The notes under the pieces are model-generated. The model saw only the letters and a program-made list of their open reading frames with translations. It was not told the origin of the DNA and searched no databases. DNA of 64,000 bases, taken from IMG/VR virus record IMGVR_UViG_3300028394_000068; one strand, written 5' to 3'. This stretch comes from an uncultured virus (IMG/VR IMGVR_UViG_3300028394_000068). Lineage: Duplodnaviria > Heunggongvirae > Uroviricota > Caudoviricetes. The first letter of the stretch is position 1, and every line of letters begins with the position of its first letter. The translations under genes and the position numbers were made by a program. Positions 1-11,083 of this stretch are shown here, one piece after another.

Positions 1-1056
1 GGTAAAACTAAAGAATTGACAAAATCGGCATTACCGGTTGGAAATCAATATCGTTCATTTTTACAAATATCCAATTTTAAACAAACCAAAACAACAAAAC
101 CAAAAGAAGGATTATCAAGATTGGTTGAAACTGTTATGTCGGTAAAAAAAATGGTTATTTGGGATATAACAAACTTAGAAACTTCCGCAGATTTATTTAC
201 CGGAAGTGTTGGGTTATATAATGTCACTCCATCAGTTAAAACCAATACTTCTAATTTTAAAATAGATAGTATTAAAAACTTATCAATTGGTACCGATTAT
301 ACTGGTCCAATTGAAGAAGTTAAATTTCAAGGATTGCCATTTCAAGAAGTGTTAAATTTGATTAATAAGTTTAACTCAAATGTGTTCACCGGATTTATTG
401 ATATACCTAATTATACCGTTAACTCTCAAGAACACGTTAAACCTCAAGACACATTTCCATATATTGTAACACCATCAAAATTAACATATAATACAGGAAA
501 TACGTTTAAATTTAGTGCTCAGATATCCAATGATATTAATAACAAATTAAATTTTAAAAAGATATCTAACGGAATAAAACTAAATGATGCAATGAAAGAT
601 AGTGGTTGGTTTTTGGTTTGGCAGAACAAAAGCGGATTACCGTTAATTGGTCCTCAAGGTACATTTAAAACAACCGCCGTTACTCCAATTGAATACTCAA
701 ACCAAGATATCTCGTATGGTGTATTAGGTGCACAAAGAGTTTATTTATTGTCTCAAGATTCTGAAGGACCTTTAGGTAGAATAAATCTAAACAACACTCT
801 TTACGGTATTCCCCAAGATAAATTCATTGGTCCGGGTAAAACAATTTCAACACAAACTTACCCAATGGTTAGAGGTGATGAGATGATAAAACTGATAAGA
901 AAAATATTTTCTTATGTTACGGGTCACGTTCATCCAATTGCAACTATGGCTCCGGTTCCGGTCGCCTCAGGTAACGGTCAAACCACTCAAGAAATCAATT
1001 CTATACTAGCGGAAGCAGAAAATACCATATTAAATCAAAACATTCGTATAAACTAA
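1..1056 (+). CDS. Baseplate hub/spike-like protein, C-terminal part (5'-truncated by window edge)
   Basis: Frame is open from base 1. C-terminal HVHP (HxH) motif resembles the metal-binding apex of gp5/gpV-type spikes; structural gene context. Confidence 0.45.
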   Translation, partial: GKTKELTKSALPVGNQYRSFLQISNFKQTKTTKPKEGLSRLVETVMSVKKMVIWDITNLETSADLFTGSVGLYNVTPSVKTNTSNFKIDSIKNLSIGTDYTGPIEEVKFQGLPFQEVLNLINKFNSNVFTGFIDIPNYTVNSQEHVKPQDTFPYIVTPSKLTYNTGNTFKFSAQISNDINNKLNFKKISNGIKLNDAMKDSGWFLVWQNKSGLPLIGPQGTFKTTAVTPIEYSNQDISYGVLGAQRVYLLSQDSEGPLGRINLNNTLYGIPQDKFIGPGKTISTQTYPMVRGDEMIKLIRKIFSYVTGHVHPIATMAPVPVASGNGQTTQEINSILAEAENTILNQNIRIN

Positions 1057-1078
1057 ATATTTATTGTTAAAAGATTTT

Positions 1079-2551
1079 ATGTCAATTAACAATTCTTATT
1101 TCAGCAAGAACAACACAATCATATCAAATAGTTACACTAACACGGGTAGAAACCCTGTTACTGAGATATTTTATGGTTCAACAATCTCTTTGGATTATCC
1201 AAGTGGTTACAGTAGATTCATATTTAATATTGATTTTACATTATTAAATGAAAAAATTGTTGACGGTACCATCGCGTTTGATTCAACCTGTTCATCCGTC
1301 AAACATACTTTAAGAATGACCAACACGTCTACTTTTGATAAAGAGTTGTTAAATACAACCACATCACAAGGTAGAATGAGAGCAACATCATTTGATTTAA
1401 TATTATTTAGAATCCCAAACTTACCAATTGAACCTGATACCCAACAATTATGGGATGAAGGTGTTGGTTATGATTTTGCGGATTTAATTTATGATTATAG
1501 TAACTTTGATAAAAACTTCTCATTAAGACCATCCAATTGGTTCCAAACAACAACAATAGATACTTGGACTCAACCGGGAATCTATGATAATCAAAACAAT
1601 GGAGTATTTAATTACAATGATTTAATAATTGTTGATACACAACATTTTGAATTTGGTGATGAGAACGTTAGTTTTGATATGACCAATGAAATTAATTACA
1701 TCTTAAATGGTAGTACACCGGTTCATTCAGGTTGGGGAATTGCTTATAAACCTCAAATTGAAAATCTAACAGGGTTGACTAGTAACTATGAAGTTCAATT
1801 CTTTACTAGACACACTCAAACTTTCTATGAACCATATTTGGAAACAACATATGACGATTTAATTGAAGATGACAGAAACTCATTTACTCAAGGTAAAGTT
1901 AACAAACTATACCTATACCTATATAATGATGGAATTCCGTTTAATTTAGATAGTAACCCAATTGTGGATATCATTGATAATAATGGAACAACATTATTCA
2001 CCGGTCTTACTAGTTGTCGTAAAACAAAAGGTGTTTATGAAGTTAGAGTTCCGGCAATCATAGGATATAATACTTTATGTTCATTTACCGATAATTGGTA
2101 TCAATTAACATCAAATGGATTTACCATTCCTCAAATTGAAAATCAGTTCAATGTTTATCCGTTAAGTCACTCATTACAAATAGGTACAACATCTATTGAC
2201 CCAAAATTATACGGGTTTGATTTTTATGGTATTAAACAAGATGAAAAAGTTTATAATACCGATATTAGAAAAGTTGGTGTAATAATAAAACAAGCATTCT
2301 CAACCAATAAATTATTGAGACCCGTAAGTTCATATTATAGAGTTTATGTTAGAGAAGGACAAACAGAAGTTCAAGTTCAAGATTGGACAAAAATAAACCG
2401 AACCCCAAATGAATACTATTTTATGTTTGATACTAGAGATAAAATTCCAAACGAATACTTTATAGATATTAAAGTTGAGAGTAGTGGGGAAGTTAATACA
2501 TACAAAAGACAAATCAAATTTCAGATTGTTAATGTGAAGTATTCAGAATAA
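1079..2551 (+). CDS. Virion structural protein (baseplate/tail-associated, putative)
   Basis: ~490-aa ORF. ATG at 1079 preferred over TTG 1064; follows a TATTTAT motif; no catalytic motif recognised. Confidence 0.45.
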   Translation: MSINNSYFSKNNTIISNSYTNTGRNPVTEIFYGSTISLDYPSGYSRFIFNIDFTLLNEKIVDGTIAFDSTCSSVKHTLRMTNTSTFDKELLNTTTSQGRMRATSFDLILFRIPNLPIEPDTQQLWDEGVGYDFADLIYDYSNFDKNFSLRPSNWFQTTTIDTWTQPGIYDNQNNGVFNYNDLIIVDTQHFEFGDENVSFDMTNEINYILNGSTPVHSGWGIAYKPQIENLTGLTSNYEVQFFTRHTQTFYEPYLETTYDDLIEDDRNSFTQGKVNKLYLYLYNDGIPFNLDSNPIVDIIDNNGTTLFTGLTSCRKTKGVYEVRVPAIIGYNTLCSFTDNWYQLTSNGFTIPQIENQFNVYPLSHSLQIGTTSIDPKLYGFDFYGIKQDEKVYNTDIRKVGVIIKQAFSTNKLLRPVSSYYRVYVREGQTEVQVQDWTKINRTPNEYYFMFDTRDKIPNEYFIDIKVESSGEVNTYKRQIKFQIVNVKYSE

Positions 2552-2582
2552 ATAGATATTTATAAATAAAAAAAAATCGACA

Positions 2583-4355
2583 ATGGCAAACAAACTAAAT
2601 TTTACCGGATGGAGTGGTAAAACCGACTTTTTAAGTGGTAGTACTATTAACTTCACAACATTAAATAATAACAATTCACAAAGAAGTGTTTCAAGTAATA
2701 ACACAAATAATGCACCACAACTATATAGTTTAAATTTAAACTATGATTACACTTATTTAATTCAAGCTTGTGCTCAACCTTTAGAGGGTGAGACAATAAC
2801 ATATATTGTTGGTTCTGATACTGAATTAAATGTAACAGGTACGTCTGTTTATAGTTTTCAAAGCATAATAAATCCTTCCATAACTGTTTGTGGTTTTATA
2901 TTAGATGAACCATTTTCAGGTGACCCTGAATATGTTCTAGTAAACACTTACACGGATTGTGTGGCGGCTTACACTTCAAATTATAAATTAGCTGTTGTGG
3001 TTGATTGTTTAACTAATGAACCTCAAGATTTTTTTACTAATTATATACCTGTCGATAACAAATACGAAATTGGTGACATACTATACGTTGATTTTTTGGC
3101 CACTACTATGGGGACAGCTTTTGTTAAATTTGCGGGAACAATTGTTGACATAGTTGATTGGAGTCAAACTGACGGCCCATATTGGGATACTATACCTGCG
3201 GTAAATTATGTGACATATTCATCTTGTGATGAAGCAATTGAAGCAAATGGTCTTATTTACGTCGCGATTAATTGTATAACTGAAGAGGCGTCGTTTCCTT
3301 TAATACATAAAAATTATTTTCAAAACACTTCATTATTAATACCAACAACTGGTAATCCTGTTAATGTTTTGGTAGATTATTTACCATACGGCCCTTACGG
3401 AGAAGCAATATCAGGTGGTAGTGAAATTTATAGTACGGTAGAATTTACAGGTTCAGAAAACTATAATTCATTATGTGAAGAAGGTTTATCTAAAATATCA
3501 CCTGAAGGTGTGTTAAACCCATTCTTTCAAAATACAGGGTTTACCGGTTCTTTTGTTTATACAACCGTAGAACAACCTGATGGTAAATTACTTGTAGGAG
3601 GTCAGTTTGACATATATGATAATAATATAGTTAATAACTTTATGAGATTAGATTCAAACGGTAATGTTGATGAAACATTTAATAATAATGATAAATTGTT
3701 ATTAAATAATCCTGACGCACCTGTGTCCATAATCAAACAACAAGGTTATATATTTACTCTTGACCACTCATCAAATGTAATAAATGTATCTAAGATTGTT
3801 AATAATAAGATGGTATCGGTTATTTCAAATTATGATACGACATCTTTTGTTCCAGGTGGATTCCCTTGGCAAATTTATGGTGACGGTACAAACTTATATG
3901 TTGTATTTGATAACGCGGGTATTGGTGTGTGGAGATTTAATACAGGTTTTGAAACATTAGAATTTATAACAAAAACCGAAGGACACTTTTGTGAACAATA
4001 TTCACAAATATGGGGTGATGGTGATTACATTTACGCATCTACAGCATCTAGTGATGGTGGTAATCAAACTTTGAAAGCGTTTCAATTAATGGGAACCTCT
4101 ATAAATGTTGTTGGTGAGTGGGAAGAGATTTATTCATATAACTCCGTGTATTGTCAAGATGGTTATATTTTTGTAGGTGTTCCATTTAGTGGACTTTATG
4201 TTATCACATTTAATGGAACAACTTTTACAGAGATTATATCTACACCAAATACCGGAGATATTGTTGCGGTTAATGGTGACACACAAGGACTAATTTATGT
4301 GTTAGATGGTTCAGGTACCCTAAAACAATATCAATTAAATGTACCACAATATTAA
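2583..4355 (+). CDS. Tail fibre/adhesin-like protein with Cys-rich modules, one delta-60 repeat and beta-propeller blades
   Basis: QPDGKLLVGGQF...RLDSNGNVDETF delta-60 repeat; GDGxYIY blade repeats. Confidence 0.6.
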   Translation: MANKLNFTGWSGKTDFLSGSTINFTTLNNNNSQRSVSSNNTNNAPQLYSLNLNYDYTYLIQACAQPLEGETITYIVGSDTELNVTGTSVYSFQSIINPSITVCGFILDEPFSGDPEYVLVNTYTDCVAAYTSNYKLAVVVDCLTNEPQDFFTNYIPVDNKYEIGDILYVDFLATTMGTAFVKFAGTIVDIVDWSQTDGPYWDTIPAVNYVTYSSCDEAIEANGLIYVAINCITEEASFPLIHKNYFQNTSLLIPTTGNPVNVLVDYLPYGPYGEAISGGSEIYSTVEFTGSENYNSLCEEGLSKISPEGVLNPFFQNTGFTGSFVYTTVEQPDGKLLVGGQFDIYDNNIVNNFMRLDSNGNVDETFNNNDKLLLNNPDAPVSIIKQQGYIFTLDHSSNVINVSKIVNNKMVSVISNYDTTSFVPGGFPWQIYGDGTNLYVVFDNAGIGVWRFNTGFETLEFITKTEGHFCEQYSQIWGDGDYIYASTASSDGGNQTLKAFQLMGTSINVVGEWEEIYSYNSVYCQDGYIFVGVPFSGLYVITFNGTTFTEIISTPNTGDIVAVNGDTQGLIYVLDGSGTLKQYQLNVPQY

Positions 4356-4397
4356 AATTAATAAAAATAAAAAAGATATTTATAAAAAAACAAAATA

Positions 4398-7300
4398 ATG
4401 GCATTAGTAACATATTTAATAGCACCTTGTGCTGGGGGAACAGCAATTCAAGTCGACTTTAGTGGGACATCATTACCCGTAGTTGGCGGAAATTATTATT
4501 TAACATTTACAGGACTCACAACAATTGGGTGTTATGAAGTTGTTGATACCGCTGAAGTAGGTGTTGGTGATGATGTGGTTAGTACTATGTCATCAGATTA
4601 TGGTGATTGTTTAACTTGTTTATCGGTGAATCCAACTCCGACACCAACTCCAACTAAAACTCCAACACAAACACCAACACAAACACCAACACAAACACCA
4701 ACTAGTACTGTAACTCCAACAGTTACACCAACTAGTACTGTAACTCCAACAGTTACACCAACTACTACTGTAACCCCAACAATAACTTTAACCCCAACAA
4801 AAACAACTACACCAACACCTTCAATAACTCGTACTGTTACGCCAACAGTTACTCCAACAAAAACAACAACACCAACAGTTACTCCAACAAAAACAACAAC
4901 TCCGACACCAACAATAACTAAAACTGTAACTCCAACGCCTTCACGAGCACCAATAACTTTAACAGAGGTTGGTAGTGCGTCCTTATCCGGTGAAGTTACA
5001 AATGCAACAACTATGTATATAGATGAAAATAACATTATTTGGATAACATCCGGTATTGAAGAATCATCGTACAAATTAATTGGTGGTTATATTGATAGTG
5101 GATGGGTACAAGAATATGAAATAGATTTTTCTGAAAATAGTAATGGACCGGTTTATCCTATTAGCATAACAAGTGATGAAGATAATTATTATATCTTAAC
5201 AGATAGTGATGTGAGATTTTATTCAAAAAATCTTGGTATTAATCTTACAAAAGGATTTAATGGTATTGTTAGAGCAATCACATTACAAGAAGATGGTAAA
5301 ATATTAGTGGGTGGTGAATTTACTGAATATAACGGTGAATACGCGGGAAGAATTATTAGATTAAACTCTGATGGTACAATTGACCAAGATTTTACATTTA
5401 ATTCAGAATTTAATGGTACCGTTAATACTATCGCACTTCAAAGAGATGGTAAAATATTAGTAGGTGGGCAATTTAGTCACTACTATGATTTTTATTGTAA
5501 TCAAATTGTTAGATTAAACTCTGATGGTTCTCCTGACTTTACATTTGATATGGGTGATGGTTTTGATGGTGATAGAGTATATATAATAACAACCGAAATA
5601 ATTAGAGATAATCCATTCTATAATACTAATGGTCCTATAACTTACACAGAAAACATTATTGTTGGTGGTCAATTTACTTACTATAAAGGAACAAATAATT
5701 TAGGAGGTATTGTTAAATTATCTCCAACAGGTGATGTATTACCGGATTTTGGTAATGGATTTAATGTAGATAATGGTAGTCAACCAAGAGTTAATAATAT
5801 TGTTAAACAACCTGACGGTAAGTTAATTGTTGTTGGTGGTGGTTATGGTCACGATATTCTTGATTATAACCTAACATTAATCCCTAAAAATATTGTTAGA
5901 TTAGTTAAAGATGATGAAGGAATTTATCAAATTGACCAAACCTTTACAACTCACGATTGGGATGGAAATAATTATTCCGGTGGTTTTGGTGGTGCAGCAT
6001 TTGCTTTAACATTATTACCAAATGGTAAAATTATGGTTGGTGGATACTTTAGTTATTACGGTGATAATAATAGTGCTCATAATGACATATCACATTTAGT
6101 AAGATTAAATTCTGATGGTACTTTAGATACGACATTTACTTTTGAGTTATCAGCAATTGTTTACACATCAGAATTATTATCTTCAGGAGCATTATTAGCG
6201 GGTGGAAGATTTCAATCACCTACTGACCGTTTAGTAGAATTATTTATTGGTGAAGATTATGAATTACGTACATTCACAACTTGTGATGGTGTAACTTCAA
6301 ACATCTTCTTACCAACAGATTATCAAACAGAATATGTCGGTGGAGGATTAATGATTGCAACTGAATTACCTTACTCACCTATTTCAACGGTTGGGTTAGA
6401 TGTAGTTTTTGAAGATGGTGGTGGTGATGATGATGATGATTTCCTTATAGAATTACCGTTTGATTTTGATGTGAATTTCTTAGGTGTAAACTATACTTCA
6501 GTATGGGTTGGTACTAACTCATATTTAACATTTGGTGATGGTTCTACAAATTATGATATTGACCCATTACCGGGAGATATCCCTAATGAGACAGGTTTAC
6601 CGGGTGTATACATATCAACAAGAGAAGATGATGGTACTTGTTTAGATTCATCATTAGTTACTTTATATACGGGTACTACTGATGGTGGTAACACAACAAT
6701 AATTAGATTTGAGGGAAATACTAACAACTCAACTGACTTTCCTTTTGAAGTTAATTTAATTTATAACTTTAAGTTCTATAAAGACCAATCAAATTATTTT
6801 GATTTAATTATAGAACAAAATAATCTTTTCTGTAATGATGACCCTACAGGTGGTATAAGTAATGGTGTTGACACAACTTGGGTAACGTCATTTGATAGTT
6901 CATCAGAAAAGGCGTATAGATTAAGTGGTAGTTCTGTTAAATCAATCAAAGCAAACGTAAATGAAAGAGTTGCCGTATGTGGTACAGTTGGTTCAGTTAT
7001 TACTACACCAAACTTAAATCAAGGTGCCGATATTAATGGTAGTATGTACTTTGATGGTACAACTAGTTTAGTTACAATTGCAAATAATATCCAAATGGAC
7101 TTAAATTTTGGTCCTTGGACTGTAGAGTGGTTCCAAAAATATACTTCAACAGATACTTGTTGTAGAAGAGTTTTTGACATTGGTCAATTTGCGGGTGAAG
7201 AATTTGGTGTATCCATAGAAAATGGTAACACCCTATTATTATGGATGGCGAGTGGGAGTACATCAATTAACTTAAACACACCTGTTTATAACGTTTGGTC

Positions 7301-7937
7301 GTATTTTTCAATTAGTTCTGAAAATATTGGTGGAAATAATCAATCAATTAGAGTATACCAAGATGGTGTTCTAATATATAGTGGTTCAACAGTTGTGGAT
7401 ATAAATAACTTCCAAGGAGACCCTGCGGTTGATTTACCGTTAGTTATTGGTGGTGGTATTGGTGGTCAAGATACATTATTTGAAGGTTACATTACAAACT
7501 TTAGATGGACAAAAGGGACAAATTATTATACCGGACCAACAATAACGGTTCCAACAAGTCCGTTAGACTCTAGTGATTCACAATTATTATTCTTAACAAT
7601 TGATGAAACGGAATTATTAACAAATTCTTCAGATGCTGTAGGATTCATACCATCAGGAGATATATCACAAACAGGTGTAACTTGGTCAACCGAAACACCA
7701 TTTTTTAATTTATTAGACTTCACATTATTCACAGCAACAGATACAACATCTTATAATAGTTGTGATGATTGTGGTCAAATGTTTAAAACAATTTTATATG
7801 TTAGAGATGGAGTAAACACTGATAAAGTAGAGACATATCAAATGACATTAAACTCAATAAACAACGTATTAACAAATGGGCCAATTTTTACAACAAGAGG
7901 ACCTGAGTGTTACGAAATATTAAAATACACTTACTAA
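4398..7937 (+). CDS. Large fibre/adhesin: Cys-rich N-term, Thr-Pro repeat stalk, delta-60 beta-propeller, C-terminal LamG/ConA-like domain
   Basis: (TPT)n tract at ~aa 78-185; several DGKILVGG...RLNSDG repeats; GSMYFDG...WTVEWF...FEGYITNFRWTKG LamG signature. Confidence 0.7.
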   Translation: MALVTYLIAPCAGGTAIQVDFSGTSLPVVGGNYYLTFTGLTTIGCYEVVDTAEVGVGDDVVSTMSSDYGDCLTCLSVNPTPTPTPTKTPTQTPTQTPTQTPTSTVTPTVTPTSTVTPTVTPTTTVTPTITLTPTKTTTPTPSITRTVTPTVTPTKTTTPTVTPTKTTTPTPTITKTVTPTPSRAPITLTEVGSASLSGEVTNATTMYIDENNIIWITSGIEESSYKLIGGYIDSGWVQEYEIDFSENSNGPVYPISITSDEDNYYILTDSDVRFYSKNLGINLTKGFNGIVRAITLQEDGKILVGGEFTEYNGEYAGRIIRLNSDGTIDQDFTFNSEFNGTVNTIALQRDGKILVGGQFSHYYDFYCNQIVRLNSDGSPDFTFDMGDGFDGDRVYIITTEIIRDNPFYNTNGPITYTENIIVGGQFTYYKGTNNLGGIVKLSPTGDVLPDFGNGFNVDNGSQPRVNNIVKQPDGKLIVVGGGYGHDILDYNLTLIPKNIVRLVKDDEGIYQIDQTFTTHDWDGNNYSGGFGGAAFALTLLPNGKIMVGGYFSYYGDNNSAHNDISHLVRLNSDGTLDTTFTFELSAIVYTSELLSSGALLAGGRFQSPTDRLVELFIGEDYELRTFTTCDGVTSNIFLPTDYQTEYVGGGLMIATELPYSPISTVGLDVVFEDGGGDDDDDFLIELPFDFDVNFLGVNYTSVWVGTNSYLTFGDGSTNYDIDPLPGDIPNETGLPGVYISTREDDGTCLDSSLVTLYTGTTDGGNTTIIRFEGNTNNSTDFPFEVNLIYNFKFYKDQSNYFDLIIEQNNLFCNDDPTGGISNGVDTTWVTSFDSSSEKAYRLSGSSVKSIKANVNERVAVCGTVGSVITTPNLNQGADINGSMYFDGTTSLVTIANNIQMDLNFGPWTVEWFQKYTSTDTCCRRVFDIGQFAGEEFGVSIENGNTLLLWMASGSTSINLNTPVYNVWSYFSISSENIGGNNQSIRVYQDGVLIYSGSTVVDINNFQGDPAVDLPLVIGGGIGGQDTLFEGYITNFRWTKGTNYYTGPTITVPTSPLDSSDSQLLFLTIDETELLTNSSDAVGFIPSGDISQTGVTWSTETPFFNLLDFTLFTATDTTSYNSCDDCGQMFKTILYVRDGVNTDKVETYQMTLNSINNVLTNGPIFTTRGPECYEILKYTY

Positions 7938-7949
7938 AAAAAATATATT

Positions 7950-8180
7950 ATGTCAACAGAACCATTTATTAATCCGGAATTATTATTTAACGATGTCCCT
8001 GAGGCATTAGCACCATTAGAAGTTGGTAGAGCATACACAACTTGTAGAGATTGTATCGCAGTTGGTGGTGATGTAACAACAATACCCCAACCTCACGCAA
8101 TCTATCTTAATGAGTATGGTAAAGCAATTATGTTATTAGATACCGTCGTTCTCGGTGGTGTTAACGGAGTGAATAACTAA
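7950..8180 (+). CDS. Small hypothetical (likely virion) protein
   Basis: 76-aa ORF in series with fibre genes, followed by a terminator. Confidence 0.55.
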   Translation: MSTEPFINPELLFNDVPEALAPLEVGRAYTTCRDCIAVGGDVTTIPQPHAIYLNEYGKAIMLLDTVVLGGVNGVNN

Positions 8181-8185
8181 AATTT

Positions 8186-8218
8186 AAAAAGAGAAATTAA
8201 TTTTTCTCTTTTTTTTTG
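8186..8218 (+). terminator. Intrinsic terminator
   Basis: AAAAAGAGAAA-loop-TTTCTCTTTTTTTT. Confidence 0.6.
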
Positions 8219-8283
8219 TCTTTTAATTTTTTATTCACAAAAATATCCTTACATTTGTACTCTAATAATAAATCAAGTGTAAA

Positions 8284-8724
8284 ATGAGAAAAATATTTAA
8301 ATTTTTTAAAAGATTGGCAGTAAGACGTATTGCAAAAGCAAGAAACCAATTTGATTACCAAGACCCGGGACTATTAGGGGACGTACATATCTGTAAAGCA
8401 ATATGTCGTAAACTTATAACAAGTGAAGGTTCAAAATTTTTAATTGCCCCTCTTTCATCTCAGAGATATATTAAACACTCCGAATTAGGAATCTTTATTA
8501 TCCTTGATGATAAAAAAATTAGCGTAATCAATCACGAATACTACTATAGTAATATCTTATTATCTAATAGAGATTGGGATAAATTAACTAAAATGTACGA
8601 TACAAAAGTAGAACGTATCAGACAAGAACTAAAAAATGAAATGAAGTCTCAAATCAAATATTCTTTAAAAGGCATTTTAGATAGAGTGGACAACTCTAAA
8701 AAACTAAAAACCCCTACTGAGTAG
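8284..8724 (+). CDS. Hypothetical protein
   Basis: 146-aa ORF downstream of a TACATTTG (-7) box at 8250-8257. Confidence 0.6.
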   Translation: MRKIFKFFKRLAVRRIAKARNQFDYQDPGLLGDVHICKAICRKLITSEGSKFLIAPLSSQRYIKHSELGIFIILDDKKISVINHEYYYSNILLSNRDWDKLTKMYDTKVERIRQELKNEMKSQIKYSLKGILDRVDNSKKLKTPTE

Positions 8725-8730
8725 GGGGTT
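8707..8730. terminator. Bidirectional terminator hairpin between convergent genes
   Basis: AAAACCCCTAC-TGA-GTAGGGGGTT. Confidence 0.55.
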
Positions 8731-9136
8731 ATTTTAGACGTTTTAAGAGGATATCTTCTAAAATGGTATCTTGTGTTATCTCAATCCATTCTGTTACAAT
8801 GGGGACTATCTTATTCTTTCCACCGGGGGTTTGATTGATATTGTTTCCGTCCTCATCACTATTTGTTGAATTTGGATGTTTGGTTATGTAATTTGTAACC
8901 TTTTTCGCCTTACCCTCAATCTTCTTAATCTGTTTTTTTGTTTCATCCATTGAACCATCATAACTATCAAATTCTAATTCAGGACTATCATATTTTGATA
9001 CAGGTTCTGTAAACGGACCCATTTGTGATTTCTTAAATTTTCTAATACCAAGTTGCATTGGCATAATATAACTACCCCTACTTCCGGTACTATCACCCGT
9101 AGCCTCTTTAATCTGTATTTTTTTATTTTCCTTCAT
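8729..9136 (-). CDS. Hypothetical protein (probable head-internal protein, IKE/VTE motifs)
   Basis: Start moved to MKENKK, just downstream of a TATTTATA motif at 9142-9149. Confidence 0.55.
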   Translation of the reverse strand: MKENKKIQIKEATGDSTGSRGSYIMPMQLGIRKFKKSQMGPFTEPVSKYDSPELEFDSYDGSMDETKKQIKKIEGKAKKVTNYITKHPNSTNSDEDGNNINQTPGGKNKIVPIVTEWIEITQDTILEDILLKRLK

Positions 9137-9165
9137 ATCATTATAAATATCAAACAAAATCAATT

Positions 9166-9402
9166 ATGGAAGAACAACAAGAACTATTTGGAAAACTTTT
9201 TAACTCAATCCCATTATACACAGAAGACCACTTAAGTGTTATCTTAGATACGATGGATAAAGAACAAGCGTCTTATCTTTTAATCCAAGCCGTCTCTCAC
9301 GCATATCATTCAGGGGTATATACAATTGGTGAATCCGAAGTAATCTCCAAAGCAATTAGAATAATTTCAAAAAAAGAAGAAGATAAAGTTGTAGAAGAAT
9401 AA
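9166..9402 (+). CDS. Hypothetical protein
   Basis: 78-aa ORF with clean start and stop. Confidence 0.55.
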   Translation: MEEQQELFGKLFNSIPLYTEDHLSVILDTMDKEQASYLLIQAVSHAYHSGVYTIGESEVISKAIRIISKKEEDKVVEE

Positions 9403-9438
9403 TTTTTTTGTATCTTTGTACCCTAACATTTAAATGGT

Positions 9439-10116
9439 ATGAAAATGAAAACAATTATCGGAACAATTTTGGTATTATTAATGGTGATGGTTTATAATCT
9501 AATTGATTTAACACCGTCATCAAAATCTGATTTTGAAATATGTGGTATTGACATATCTCACCACAATAAAGTATATAATTGGAATCAAGTAAAAAACCAC
9601 GCAAAATTTTGTATGATAAAATCTACTGAAGGTAAATCATATAATGACCCAATGTTTAAATCCAATTGGAAACACTGTAAAAAAAATAATATCATTCGTG
9701 GTGCTTACCATTTTTTCACACCCGGAATATCAGCAAACAAACAATTTGAAAACTTTAAAAATAGTGTTAAATTAACCACAAATGACTTACCCCCAATATT
9801 AGACGTTGAATTAAAAGAATGCGATATTGATGAGGTTAATAAATGGTTGAAATTGGCGGAAAATCACTACGGAGTTAAACCGATTGTGTACACCGATTAT
9901 TTTTTCTTTAAAATTTTTATGGAAGGTAAATTAAATGATTACCCTCTATGGTTACACATTAATAAAAAATATAAAGTTAAACCATCCTTTAATAATTTTA
10001 ACTGTGTTTTTTGGCAATATAATCAAAAAGGAAAAATAAAAGGTATTAAAGGAGATGTTGACTTAGATACCTTCTTAGGTGATTCTGAAAGTTTTAACAA
10101 TCTTTTAATAAAATAA
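9439..10116 (+). CDS. GH25 lysozyme (muramidase) with N-terminal hydrophobic signal/anchor
   Basis: GIDISHHN, KSTEG, RGAYHFF, PPILDVE, WQY...GDVDLD motifs. Confidence 0.9.
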   Translation: MKMKTIIGTILVLLMVMVYNLIDLTPSSKSDFEICGIDISHHNKVYNWNQVKNHAKFCMIKSTEGKSYNDPMFKSNWKHCKKNNIIRGAYHFFTPGISANKQFENFKNSVKLTTNDLPPILDVELKECDIDEVNKWLKLAENHYGVKPIVYTDYFFFKIFMEGKLNDYPLWLHINKKYKVKPSFNNFNCVFWQYNQKGKIKGIKGDVDLDTFLGDSESFNNLLIK

Positions 10117-11082
10117 TTAATTAACCATCGCATTGGTTGCGTCAGCCGAAAATGTTGTTCTATCTTTTGGTTTAACTTTGGATGCCGGGGCCAATGATTG
10201 AGGAATTAGTGCCGGTAACGGAGCCAAAACATTATAACATTTTATGAATTGAGGCATATAATTATGTACACCACCAATATTTGGAAAATAATTAGGGATT
10301 TTTTTATTAGTATTTGTTACCGCAATATAATTTGGTTTATCAGTGTAGGGTTGTCTTTGTTTTATTGAACAAAGATTCGCAAGACCCGGAATATTTGTTT
10401 CACACCATTGATTTATAATACCTGAACCCGCATTATGAGCAGCAACCGCCAAATGAAGAGCAGCGTCTCCACCAATCGCCGGAACTTGTTTTAAAACTTT
10501 ATTCTCATAAACACTAACGGTTGCACCATTATAGTATTTTTTCGCCTTTTCATAATTAGATGATAAAATTTTATAAACAGCGTCTAATGAACCTTCAAAA
10601 CTATAAAGTGACTTCATATCAATTCCATAACTTCTAGCTGTATCCGGTTGAATTTGAGCGTATCCTTGAGAGTGATTACCACCAAAAAGATTTAATGTTG
10701 CCCCTAAAATTTCTTTAGGTGAAATAAATGATGCCATAGTACCTTTACTTTCTCTAAAAATAAAACATATTGCACCATTTAATAGTCTTCCATCATAACC
10801 TGGATTCTTTGCGCCCCAATTGACTATAGCGGCACCAAAATGATTTATTTCACCTTGATTATTAAATAATGTTTTTGCAACACCTGCCGCCCAAGAAACA
10901 TCTCTTGCCTTAAATAATAATGAACACAATTGTGCGAATTTATCATTTTTTGCGGTACTCACAGGACGATTAGGTTTAGAAATAACCCCATTATTTGGTG
11001 CACCAACAACCGATTGTTCATTTATCACTCGTTTAACAATTTTAATTAAATCTGATTCCGTTAATTTAATTACTTTTTTCAT
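10117..11082 (-). CDS. Virion-associated lytic transglycosylase (SLT-like)
   Basis: FRESKG, GYAQIQPDTA, AAHNAG motifs; N-terminal KLTESDL...INEQ leader. Confidence 0.7.
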   Translation of the reverse strand: MKKVIKLTESDLIKIVKRVINEQSVVGAPNNGVISKPNRPVSTAKNDKFAQLCSLLFKARDVSWAAGVAKTLFNNQGEINHFGAAIVNWGAKNPGYDGRLLNGAICFIFRESKGTMASFISPKEILGATLNLFGGNHSQGYAQIQPDTARSYGIDMKSLYSFEGSLDAVYKILSSNYEKAKKYYNGATVSVYENKVLKQVPAIGGDAALHLAVAAHNAGSGIINQWCETNIPGLANLCSIKQRQPYTDKPNYIAVTNTNKKIPNYFPNIGGVHNYMPQFIKCYNVLAPLPALIPQSLAPASKVKPKDRTTFSADATNAMVN

Positions 11083-11083
11083 A

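Noticed and set aside
4598..5074. Val/Gly-rich antisense ORFs (also 23993-24181, 25604-26233, 26378-26584, 51509-52102)
   Set aside because: Shadows of Thr-Pro repeat codons on the opposite strand.
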